DNA of 39,519 nucleotides from a bacterium (GCA_030680955.1 JAUXUB010000042.1:1-39519); one strand, 5' to 3'; counted from the stretch's first letter, positions 1-7,978 are shown. Notes: generated from the sequence alone by a model not told the origin. A program made the numbers and translations.

Positions 1-1094
1 GTAATAACACCAATTTTCATATTATTAATGTCACTCCAATTAAGTATCCCAGGGATTGTAATTGTTGTAGTTTTAGAGGTAAAAATGGTTTGATCAGTAC
101 CGGTATAATCAGGCAAATAGGGTATGCCATCATAAATAGTACCACCTAAATCAATACGCGGTGTTATTTTTAATGTTGATCCATTAGAAGATCGAGCAGC
201 CCAAACAATCAAATTAAATGTCGTCGATGGAATTCCCTGCGAGTTGGTTGTATGTACTCCAAACAGCGCGGAACTATTTAGTGCTGCACTATAAATATAT
301 TTAGTACTAGAGTTTTCATTAAGTACACATAGGTAGTTATCAAAATCGGTACAATTATTCTTGGTCCAAGTTCCTGTGAGAATACCAACTGTGCTTGTTA
401 TTGGTTGGAGGGTAAACGTTCCCGACGTTGTATTCCCAATCGCATATGCGGGCTGAACTGGCAATAAAGTTAAATCGTTTCCAATTTCGTAAACATTTGA
501 AAAACTGCCACCATCTGTTGTTGTTAAATCTTGATACTTTGCTGATTCAAAACGCATATTTAAATCCCATGAACCACAACCATAAGAGTAGTAGTAACCA
601 GATGCAAATGTATTTACTGGGTCAACAGGCAGAACTGCAAGCGGTGGTTGCGAGCCAGCAAGTTGAGTAAAATCGATTGGGAGCCAACCATCGCCGTTTA
701 CGGCGCGCAATTTATCGGAGGATACTTGTGCATATTGCCAACCGGGAGGCGCGGCAGGTGGTGTGATGTCATTAGGTACAGAAACAAAAATTCTGGGATC
801 TACTCCTCCTGGCGGCGGCGGATCTCCTACGCAAGAGTCGTGTTCTCCAACTGGTGAACCCACATTAGGAAATCTTGGGCCATCGCCATCTTCCGTTACC
901 GAGTTTGACGAGGCGCCATAATTAAACAATGCCATTGCTAAATTTATGTGAGTTGCATCAGATAACCTTTGCGCGTCTCTGGCCCGGCGCAAATATTCGG
1001 CCGGATTTAAAATGAGCATAACAATAGCGGCAAGCACCACAAGCACCGCTATCACAACCAAAATTTCTATTAATGTGAATCCTTTTTTGATCAT
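1..1094 (-). CDS. type IV pilin-like protein (prepilin N-terminal cleavage/methylation domain); 3' end runs off the window
   Basis: Hand translation from the ATG at 1094 gives MIKKGFTLIEILVVIAVLVVLAAIVMLILNP, a classic G/FTLIE pilin N-terminus. The frame stays open to base 1 (>=364 aa). It is absent from the ORF track because no stop lies in the window. Confidence 0.8.
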   Translation of the reverse strand, partial: MIKKGFTLIEILVVIAVLVVLAAIVMLILNPAEYLRRARDAQRLSDATHINLAMALFNYGASSNSVTEDGDGPRFPNVGSPVGEHDSCVGDPPPPGGVDPRIFVSVPNDITPPAAPPGWQYAQVSSDKLRAVNGDGWLPIDFTQLAGSQPPLAVLPVDPVNTFASGYYYSYGCGSWDLNMRFESAKYQDLTTTDGGSFSNVYEIGNDLTLLPVQPAYAIGNTTSGTFTLQPITSTVGILTGTWTKNNCTDFDNYLCVLNENSSTKYIYSAALNSSALFGVHTTNSQGIPSTTFNLIVWAARSSNGSTLKITPRIDLGGTIYDGIPYLPDYTGTDQTIFTSKTTTITIPGILNWSDINNMKIGVI

Positions 1095-1123
1095 TGGTTA
1101 AAGTATAGCATAAGATATAAAAA

Positions 1124-1517
1124 CAATATTTACTGACCCGATGACCAGAACAGGGGGAATAATATTTGGGTCATCAGGTCAGAAGAGGGACAGGGAAAAA
1201 ATCAATGCGAATTAATAGAATAACTATACCATATTGAAGTTACATGAGGAAAAAGGAGGGGTGGGGATAAGTTTAGGGCTAAGCTAAAAAACCAATATTA
1301 TGACTTCCGATGTCCGGAGACAACTGCATTAATATTTGGGACATCGTAAGTCGGTATAACCATGGGGTGGGGATAAGTAGACACCAATATTTACTGACCC
1401 GATGACCAGAACAGGGGGAATAATATTTGGGTCATCAGGTCAGAAAAAAATGGGAGGGTTATCAGATGAGGGAGGGTAACTGCATTAATATTTGGGTAGT
1501 CGGATGTCGGACTACCA
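1124..1517. repeat. cluster of AATATT-box hairpin repeats (family H1), copies at 1124-1182, 1293-1354, 1385-1443, 1478-1517
   Basis: Copies 1124-1182 and 1385-1443 are identical. Each copy reads CAATATT + 14-nt arm + purine-rich spacer + (T/C)AATATTTG + complementary 14-nt arm. Confidence 0.85.
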
Positions 1518-1525
1518 CTTTAACA

Positions 1526-1744
1526 TTAAGCAGGAATAGGAATTCTATTTCGTCCCGCAATTATTTCAAGATTTTCCTTATTGTGCGTTCGTTCTATATA
1601 ATCTAAAATCTCAATTCCTAAAATGACACCGTTTTTATCCACGTCAAATAAAATACCACCCTTATCTTTGCTGGTTTTTGCAACTTTGCCTTCTACTAAA
1701 GCAATATAGAGGGCATCTACTTCCTTGTCGTACTTAATTTTCAT
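1526..1744 (-). CDS. DUF2283-family small protein (putative antitoxin partner)
   Basis: 72 aa, MKIKYDKEVDALYIAL...GGILFDVDKNGVILGIEIL matches my recollection of the DUF2283 pattern. It overlaps the upstream DUF4258-like gene by 11 nt. Confidence 0.65.
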   Translation of the reverse strand: MKIKYDKEVDALYIALVEGKVAKTSKDKGGILFDVDKNGVILGIEILDYIERTHNKENLEIIAGRNRIPIPA

Positions 1745-1952
1745 AATAAGAAGTTATTATTATATATATTTCTTTATCTTGTTTATAGATAACAATTAGC
1801 TTTTTAGTTCCAAATTTATACACGCACTTTATTTTCTCGTACTCTAAAATTTCTCTATTCTGTCCATTTATCAGCGCCTCCGTAATTAATCTCTTACTAA
1901 TAACTCTTTGCTTTAGACGATCTAGTGCGTGCTTACTGTATCGTATCTTCAT
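1734..1952 (-). CDS. DUF4258-family small protein (putative toxin)
   Basis: 72 aa starting MKIRYSKHALDRLKQR..., a DUF4258-like N-terminus. It is translationally coupled to the DUF2283 gene. Confidence 0.6.
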   Translation of the reverse strand: MKIRYSKHALDRLKQRVISKRLITEALINGQNREILEYEKIKCVYKFGTKKLIVIYKQDKEIYIIITSYYEN

Positions 1953-1989
1953 TTATATAATTCATTGTATATCAAAAATAGTTAGTTGG

Positions 1990-2070
1990 TCAACTGCATG
2001 CAATAATTCGGTCTAATTTCGATAGATCGTCCTCTGCCCTTCCGTAAAATTCCACTCTCCATACAGACAT
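1990..2070 (-). pseudogene. truncated RelE/ParE-like toxin fragment (26 codons)
   Basis: Hand translation gives MSVWRVEFYGRAEDDLSKLDRIIACS*. This resembles the N-terminus of RelE/ParE toxins (..A..DL.KLD...) but stops after 26 aa. Confidence 0.4.
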
Positions 2071-2096
2071 AGGAAAAATTTAATAATACTTCTTCT

Positions 2097-2288
2097 TTAT
2101 TTCAGAAAGCGGAGTACTTTTTTTACAAGTAATGAAATTCCTGTAAGTCTCTTTTTTGCTTTAGCAGTAAGTTCATATCCAAAATCAGGGTCTTCTAGAA
2201 CGTCTTTAATTGTCTCAGCAATAAATGCTTTTGTTATAGGCGTAAGTTTTTTATTTTCTTTAGTAATTACATTTATGCTTTTATAATA
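2097..2288 (-). pseudogene. antitoxin-like ORF remnant without a canonical start codon
   Basis: 63-codon open frame (..KAFIAETIKDVLEDPDFGYELTAKAKKRL..) that begins directly after a TGA. It has no ATG/GTG/TTG start and sits about 27 nt upstream of the RelE-like fragment. Confidence 0.3.
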
Positions 2289-2382
2289 TCACAGCTTATT
2301 TGATGAGTAAACATATGATATAATAAAAGTGGAAGTAGGAAAATATTTGATCATCAGACTATTATCACAGATAAAAAACGCT

Positions 2383-2442
2383 CAATGTTATGAAGTCGGA
2401 TAACCTACTGCAAAAAAATCAATATTTGGGTTATCCGACTTC
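2383..2442. repeat. AATATT-box hairpin (H1) copy
   Basis: Arms GAAGTCGGATAACC and GGTTATCCGACTTC pair perfectly. The loop ends in CAATATTTG. Confidence 0.8.
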
Positions 2443-2481
2443 GAGAGACAGCGAAAGTCGGGGGCAAATAAATAAGAAACA

Positions 2482-4089
2482 ATGCCGGAAAAAACGATAA
2501 AAAAGAAAAAGGGGACTCATTTGCTTACAAGAACGATAATTTTTATGGCCATTATCGCTGTTGTGCCGCTAATTATTGCTGCGCTATCAATTCGCATTTT
2601 TGATAATCTGCAAAAAAAAGATATTGATGCAAGACAAATTGACGTTATTTTAAGAGTTGAGCATGATCTTAATAAAGAATTTTCTACAAAGCCAAATACA
2701 AATGGGACAATAATTGACTCATCCGGTAACCAAGACAAAAAAACAATAATTGGGTTACCAGATGAGAGCACTGCTAAACTAAAAGAAACATTAAAGAGCG
2801 TTATTACGGAGAATGAAATTAAACGAACGGGTTATATTTTTATAACTGACGATAGAGGAATGCTTTTGGTGCATAGTCAAAAAGAGGTGAGCGAACCAGT
2901 GGATTTGAGCTCTTCGCCAATTGTAGGAAGTCAACTTTTCCAAGGAAATATAAAACTTGAGGGACAACCAAGCTACGATAGTTATTGGGGAGTGCCGGTT
3001 ATTGGAAATGGAAAAATGACAACCATTGTGGGTTTTGACAAAAAAATAGGAGTTTTTGTTGAGCTACCCGCAAAAGAATCTAATACAGATTTCGTGTTTC
3101 TTGCAACCCAATTTTCAATCGTCGCAGTATTTGCTTTTCTCCTCACCGCAATATTTGGTTATTATCTTGCAAGTGGAATAATCTCTCCCATTCGTGAATT
3201 GCAGAGAGGTACCAAACGTATAGTAGAAGAAAAATTTGATGAACCAGTTAAAATAAAAAGCGCAAACGAAATAGAAGATTTGGGCGAAGCATTTAATACA
3301 ATGATGGGTGGCCTAAAAGAACTTAAAGAACTACGAGAAGAATTTATTTTCGTTGCCGCGCATGAACTTCGCACTCCTGTTACTGCAATTAAAGGTTTTA
3401 TTCAATTGGTGCTGGAGGAGCAAGCTGCAACAGCAAATACAGGCGTTGCCAATCCTTCGACTACGCTCAGGACAAGAGAATACCTAACAAAAGCTATTGG
3501 AGCAAACGAGCGTCTTATTACATTAGTTAATGATTTGCTTGAAGTAGCCCGAGAAGAAGCAGGAAGACTTGAGATTGAAGTGAGGCCTACAAACATTACA
3601 GAACCTATTGCAACTACAATTTCAGAGCTTTCTCAACTTGCCAAAGAAAAACAGATAGAAATAAAATACTCACCCTCCCAATTTTTATCTGACAAAAGTT
3701 CGGAGGGTAAACCTGCAAAAGATTTGCCACAAGTACAGGGCGATGCGCGCCGCATTGGTGAAGTTACAACAAACCTTATTGGGAATTCTATAAAATATAT
3801 GGGTGGCGCTGGAACTATTACAGTTTCGCATGAAATCAAAGGCGACAAACTTGTAACGTACATTGCAGACACTGGAACAGGAATTTCCAAAGAAGCCCAA
3901 GGTAAATTATTTGAAAAGTTTTATAGAGTTTATAACGAGAAAACAAAAGATGTTAAAGGTACAGGACTCGGACTCTTTATTGTTAAGAAAATTATAGAAA
4001 AAATGGGTGGGAAAATTACTGTAGAATCCCCCACGTTACCAAGTGGCGGCGGAACGACATTTAGCTTTGAGTTGCCAGTGGCGAAATAG
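2482..4089 (+). CDS. sensor histidine kinase (2 TM, periplasmic sensor, HAMP, HisKA, HATPase_c)
   Basis: H-box FVAAHELRTPVTAIKG, G-boxes DTGTGI and GTGLGLFIVKKIIEKMGG. Hydrophobic segments lie near residues 17-37 and 205-228. Confidence 0.9.
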   Translation: MPEKTIKKKKGTHLLTRTIIFMAIIAVVPLIIAALSIRIFDNLQKKDIDARQIDVILRVEHDLNKEFSTKPNTNGTIIDSSGNQDKKTIIGLPDESTAKLKETLKSVITENEIKRTGYIFITDDRGMLLVHSQKEVSEPVDLSSSPIVGSQLFQGNIKLEGQPSYDSYWGVPVIGNGKMTTIVGFDKKIGVFVELPAKESNTDFVFLATQFSIVAVFAFLLTAIFGYYLASGIISPIRELQRGTKRIVEEKFDEPVKIKSANEIEDLGEAFNTMMGGLKELKELREEFIFVAAHELRTPVTAIKGFIQLVLEEQAATANTGVANPSTTLRTREYLTKAIGANERLITLVNDLLEVAREEAGRLEIEVRPTNITEPIATTISELSQLAKEKQIEIKYSPSQFLSDKSSEGKPAKDLPQVQGDARRIGEVTTNLIGNSIKYMGGAGTITVSHEIKGDKLVTYIADTGTGISKEAQGKLFEKFYRVYNEKTKDVKGTGLGLFIVKKIIEKMGGKITVESPTLPSGGGTTFSFELPVAK

Positions 4090-4113
4090 GTAACAAGTGA
4101 AGTGAAACATGTG

Positions 4114-4269
4114 ATACCATTTCCAATTAACCTCTACTCTTTTAACCTCGTCTTTGCGAGGAGGAACGACGAAGCAATCCAGATTTATCCCGTTATTTCC
4201 TGGATTGCCGCGGGCTTCGCCCTCGCAATGACAAAAGTCTTATAGGAAGTGGCTAATTAAGGATAGTAT
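4114..4269. mobile_element. 156-bp MITE-like element (family H3), copy A, inverted relative to copies B and C
   Basis: Near-identical to 10490-10635 and 37483-37638. It has terminal inverted repeats ATACCAT..CAATTAACC / GGTTAATTGG..ATGGTAT and an internal long imperfect hairpin (GTCATTGCGAGG..CCTCGCAAAGAC). Confidence 0.85.
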
Positions 4270-4320
4270 AAGATAAGAAATGAAACATGGGAAAAATGTA
4301 GAATTTGGAAAAAATGAAAA

Positions 4321-4344
4321 ACTCCGTGGTGCGGAGTTTTTTTC
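4321..4344 (+). terminator. rho-independent terminator (possibly bidirectional)
   Basis: ACTCCG-tggtg-CGGAGT followed by TTTTTTT. An A-run on the other side could serve the convergent minus-strand gene. Confidence 0.7.
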
Positions 4345-4350
4345 AAGATA

Positions 4351-4629
4351 TCAGTTTAGGATATCTGTATCTATAATAACTCTGGTCTTTTTCACATCAA
4401 AGTCTTTAACTGATTTTCTTAGTACTTCTTTATCTCCATCAAATGGAGGACTTTCATAAATAACTTCGTCGTCTTTATCCCAGATTGCTAAAACCTCTCC
4501 ATCTGCGAAAACGCGAATCTTAGCGCCACATTTACAGAAATACTCTGAAATATACTCTCTCGTTAATGGAGTGTATTGGATACTTTCTGGACCATTATAA
4601 TAATGCTTATGATCAAACCATAACCACAT
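4351..4629 (-). CDS. hypothetical protein, 92 aa
   Basis: Intact ORF with a strong AGGAGAGGAG about 8 nt upstream of the ATG. I recognise no motif. Confidence 0.5.
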   Translation of the reverse strand: MWLWFDHKHYYNGPESIQYTPLTREYISEYFCKCGAKIRVFADGEVLAIWDKDDEVIYESPPFDGDKEVLRKSVKDFDVKKTRVIIDTDILN

Positions 4630-4697
4630 TAATTACTCTCCTCTCCTAAAATACTGGGTAGATTATATCACAATTAATTAAAATTGCAACCTAAAAG

Positions 4698-4901
4698 CAA
4701 TATTATGACATCCGACTACCAAGACAAGAGAGGGCCTCAATATTTGGGTAGTCGGATGTCGGGGAAAAATGAGGTCTCAATATTTATGAAGTCCAATGTC
4801 CAGCGACAACTGCATTAATATTTGGGACATCGGACTTCAGGGGGTCATCAGGTCAGAAAAGAGACGAGGGGAAATCAATATTTGGGTAATCGGATGTCGG
4901 G
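4698..4901. repeat. cluster of AATATT-box hairpins (H1), copies at 4698-4762, 4778-4838, 4840-4901
   Basis: Arm pairs are GACATCCGACTACC/GGTAGTCGGATGTC and GAAGTCCAATGTCC/GGACATCGGACTTC. CAATATT boxes recur every 38-41 nt. Confidence 0.85.
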
Positions 4902-4991
4902 ACGCTTATTTATTAAAATAACTGTCAAATTTTTAAAAATCCAAATTCTATATTCTCCGCCAAAGGCGGATCCAACTCTGGTGGACAAATT

Positions 4992-5294
4992 CTACAAAGA
5001 GACTCCGAGTTTTCGCTGTAATTGCTTTTGAGACAAATCGCGAACAAAATAAATTTTTGATCTACCAACTTTTTTAGGAGAAGAGATTATATCTATTTTG
5101 GTGATAATTGGTGAGTGTATTGGATATGTTTTTTCCATTCCTACTCCAGCAACAATTCCACGAACCGTAAATGTTGCGCCTGGTTCCGAGCCATGTTTCC
5201 TGGAAATTACGATACCGACAAAACGGCCCACCTGATCGTGAACCCTAATTTTTGCTCCTGCCTTTATTTTTTTTAATATTTCTTCTGAAATCAT
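4992..5294 (-). CDS. rplS: 50S ribosomal protein L19
   Basis: ..FVGIVISRKHGSEPGATFTVRGIVAGVGMEKTYPIHSPIITKIDII..SKIYFVRDL matches the L19 core. I prefer the ATG at 5294; the track's TTG at 5336 lies inside a repeat. Confidence 0.85.
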   Translation of the reverse strand: MISEEILKKIKAGAKIRVHDQVGRFVGIVISRKHGSEPGATFTVRGIVAGVGMEKTYPIHSPIITKIDIISSPKKVGRSKIYFVRDLSQKQLQRKLGVSL

Positions 5295-5295
5295 A

Positions 5296-5391
5296 CAAGA
5301 TAATTCGAATCTACGAATTTTTAACGAATAATACAAATATAAAAACTCATTCGTTACATTCGTATTAAATTCGTATCATTCGCATTATAAT
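5296..5391. repeat. ATTCGT periodic palindrome (family H2)
   Basis: 3 ACGAAT units, then 4 ATTCGT units at about 10-11 bp spacing. It fills the whole spacer between the receiver gene stop and the rplS start. Confidence 0.8.
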
Positions 5392-5772
5392 TTATTGTTG
5401 CTTAGTAAAAAATCCCGATATTTCTTTTGCAAGAACATCAATGGAAGTTTTAGCTTTGATAAAATATGCAACAGCTCCCAATTCTTTGCCTCGCGCAATG
5501 TCGGACTCTTGCCCGAGGTTTGAAACAATCATTACAGGCAATTTAACCAAACGTGGATCGTCGCGCATAATTTCTAGAACTTCAAACCCCGATTTTTTTG
5601 GGAGTATTAAATCCAGTAGAACCAAATCTGGTTTTTCTTTGCGCAATAATTCTAATGCTTCTTCACCATCTGCGGCGTAAGCCACAACAAAACCCTCCTT
5701 TGCAAGGCGGGCCTTCAAGAGCGATGAAAGAAATGGATCGTCTTCTACTAAAAGTAGTTTCTTCTGAGGCAT
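5392..5772 (-). CDS. single-domain response regulator (CheY-like receiver)
   Basis: 126 aa with LLVEDD, DLVLLDLILP and IVSNLG/KA motifs and no output domain. TATAAT lies 6 nt before the ATG, so the mRNA is probably leaderless. Confidence 0.9.
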   Translation of the reverse strand: MPQKKLLLVEDDPFLSSLLKARLAKEGFVVAYAADGEEALELLRKEKPDLVLLDLILPKKSGFEVLEIMRDDPRLVKLPVMIVSNLGQESDIARGKELGAVAYFIKAKTSIDVLAKEISGFFTKQQ

Positions 5773-5895
5773 AGAATTATTATAGCATACACACCAATTA
5801 ACCTACAACTGTGAACTCATAACTAACCACATAAAAATATATAATTTCAAATTTATACGTCGTTATTGGTCGTTAGTTATAAGTTGTGGGTTGTT

Positions 5896-5924
5896 CTTTA
5901 AAAGAGCTTTTAAGTTATCCCAAG
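5896..5924 (-). other. 3' half of the pre-16S processing stem
   Basis: The reverse complement TTGGGATAACTTAAAAGCTCTTTT pairs with the leader segment 9709-9735 (TTGGGATAACTTAAAAACTCTCTTTTT on the plus strand). Confidence 0.6.
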
Positions 5925-5956
5925 TACGTCACACCTCGCTAAAGCTCGGTACATAT

Positions 5957-6050
5957 AATTCGAATGTTACGAATAAAGTAACGAATGATACGAATAGTTA
6001 GTATCCCAATTCGTTATATTCGTCGAGAAATTCGTTTAATTCGTATTACA
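5957..6050. repeat. ATTCGT periodic palindrome (H2) in the 16S trailer
   Basis: 4 inverted ACGAAT units followed by 4 ATTCGT units, ending in ATTCGTATTACA. The same end sequence occurs at 14317-14328. Confidence 0.8.
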
Positions 6051-6226
6051 TACAGCTCACCTTAGTGAGATGCAACGAGTCGTGGCTTGTGGCCTTACGA
6101 CTAATACCATTGACCAAATATTAGACTTGGTCGATCGACAAACTTTTTGTATTTAATTAATCCACGGACAGCTTCCGCTACCCGTGCCTTGTTACGACTT
6201 CTGCCATGTCACCGAACTTACCCTAA

Positions 6227-6407
6227 CCCAGCTTGAAATTTATGATTTCAAGCTGGAAAACTCTAAACTCTAATATCTAAACTCTAAACAAATGGGAAAT
6301 AAATTCTCAAAACTCAAAACTTTGAATTTTGGAATTTGAGATTGTTTAGGATTTAGGATTTCGATTTTAGGATTTCCCAGCTTAAAGTTCACAAACTTTA
6401 AGCTGGG
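6227..6407 (-). other. about 180-nt expansion at the tip of 16S helix 44
   Basis: It lies between the CCGCCCGTCAC region and AAGTCGTAACAAGG. Two CCCAGCTT..AAGCTGGG hairpins flank a hairpin of CTCTAAA / TTTAGGA 7-nt units. Confidence 0.75.
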
Positions 6408-6488
6408 CTTCAGGTATTCCCGGCTTCCTTGCAGTGACGGGCGGTGAGTACAAGATCCGAGAACGTATTCACCGCGCCATAGCTGATG

Positions 6489-6519
<31 letters not shown>

Positions 6520-6670
6520 GCGAGTTGCAGCCTCCAATCCGAACTGGGGCCAGATTTATGGGATTAGCTCCGGCTTGCGCCTTGGCAACCCTTTGTTCTG
6601 ACCATTGTAGCACGTGTGTAGCCCAGGACATCAGAGGGCCACGCTGATTTGACGTCATCCCCGCCTTCCT

Positions 6671-6800
6671 CCCCCCTCTTTGTTCACAAATGCGAAAGCT
6701 GATAGCTATTAGCTTATAGCTTTTAGAAAAAAAACTTTTAAATTCCTAAAAGCTAACAGCTCTAAGCTGAAAGCTTTGCGCTTATGCGCAAAGAGGGGGG
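6671..6800 (-). other. about 130-nt expansion hairpin in the 16S V7 region (helix 39-40 neighbourhood)
   Basis: CCCCCCTCTTTG...CAAAGAGGGGGG closes arms made of AGCTNNT-type 7-nt units. It sits immediately 5' (RNA sense) of GGAGGAAGGCGGGGATGACGTC. Confidence 0.7.
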
Positions 6801-6869
6801 CGGTTCTGTGTGACACTTGTAACACACAGTAGGGGTTGCGCTCGTTACCCCACTTAAGGGAACGTCTCC

Positions 6870-7788
6870 TATTTTTTTTAATCTCTAGATTACTTTAGAG
6901 TTAAGACTATACCTTCATCCCTCTCCACGCATGGGGAGGGAGCTGGCGTGTTAGCTAGAAAAACAATTGTTTATTTTTCTAACTCCTCCCTACTACGCCT
7001 TCGGCGAATAGGGAAAGTCGTTACAGGGTCTGGAAGTTTATATCGCATACTAGGAATGATATGAGGTAAAATTACCTCAAGAAATTTATTGTGTGAATTT
7101 TTTCTGATTGTTAGCTTTTTATTACTTCCTATCACTGTCTCAATGCCAAATTGTTCTAATAGGACATTTTGTACTCTTTGCATACTCAATAGATCGAAGC
7201 AGTCGGTTGATATTATAACTTTTTCCCCAGTCCAACAACCATCATCCATATACCAAACTGCTAATGACATTGGAGTAAGTTGAAGTCCTTCTGGAAATAC
7301 TTTCTTACCTTCCGAATAAAAAATTGTTCTCCATGGCCTAAAATATTGCCTAAGAACAAAGTATATAGAAGCGTATTGCTTATTACGCTTTTTATATTCT
7401 CTAACAATTTCTCGTGGTGATGCTGGATATGCTAAAGATTTTAACTCATCATATTTCCATATGACATAATCTTTTTGAGCGTTTGATTGCTCAATCCTGA
7501 TTTGTCCCTTAGGACGAATCGTAGCATCTCCTAGCACGCAACCAATTAAAATTTCACGCTGTCTCACGTTTACACGTAATACTAAATTTTTCCTAGCACA
7601 AAGCATTATTGGAACTTCCAAACTTCCCACGGTATTGCCCTCTGGTAACTGGTCACAAGACGCTGGTTTCTGGTACATTTTTTAATTATACCAGTCACCA
7701 GGCATTTAACACCAGCTATCAGTTCGGGTTTCACCGTTATGAGCCAGATTTTCAATCAGGATTACTCCTGAAAGTCTCGAGATTTCAA
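6870..7788 (-). mobile_element. about 919-bp insertion (probable group I-type intron) in 16S near E. coli position ~1070
   Basis: It interrupts CAGCTCGT|..|GAGACGTTCCCTTAAGT. About 110 nt and 100 nt of hairpin-rich non-coding flanks surround a LAGLIDADG ORF. Confidence 0.75.
6971..7678 (-). CDS. LAGLIDADG homing endonuclease (two motifs) inside the 16S insertion
   Basis: Motifs ILIGCVLGDATI and LAVWYMDDGCW are about 100 aa apart. The true start may be the internal Met at MLCARKN. Confidence 0.85.
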   Translation of the reverse strand: MYQKPASCDQLPEGNTVGSLEVPIMLCARKNLVLRVNVRQREILIGCVLGDATIRPKGQIRIEQSNAQKDYVIWKYDELKSLAYPASPREIVREYKKRNKQYASIYFVLRQYFRPWRTIFYSEGKKVFPEGLQLTPMSLAVWYMDDGCWTGEKVIISTDCFDLLSMQRVQNVLLEQFGIETVIGSNKKLTIRKNSHNKFLEVILPHIIPSMRYKLPDPVTTFPIRRRRSREELEK

Positions 7789-7900
7789 GATACGAGCTGA
7801 CGACAACCGTGCAGCACCTGTTCCTAGGTCCTTGAGAGACAACTCGCCTTTCGACAAGTCTTCCTAGAAATTTCAAGCCCTGGTAAGGTTCCTCGTTTAC

Positions 7901-7937
<37 letters not shown>

Positions 7938-7946
7938 TCCCCGTCT

Positions 7947-7978
<32 letters not shown>

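Noticed and set aside
428-857. Plus-strand ORFs 428..670 and 648..857
   Set aside because: They lie antisense to a continuously open minus-strand frame with a clear pilin N-terminus. Their translations are low-complexity and carry no motif.
4698-4901. A CRISPR array, suggested by regularly spaced CAATATT boxes every 38-41 nt
   Set aside because: The conserved part is only about 10 nt. Adjacent 14-nt segments are mutually complementary hairpin arms rather than repeat-spacer units, the 'spacers' are 13-17 nt, and there are no cas genes.
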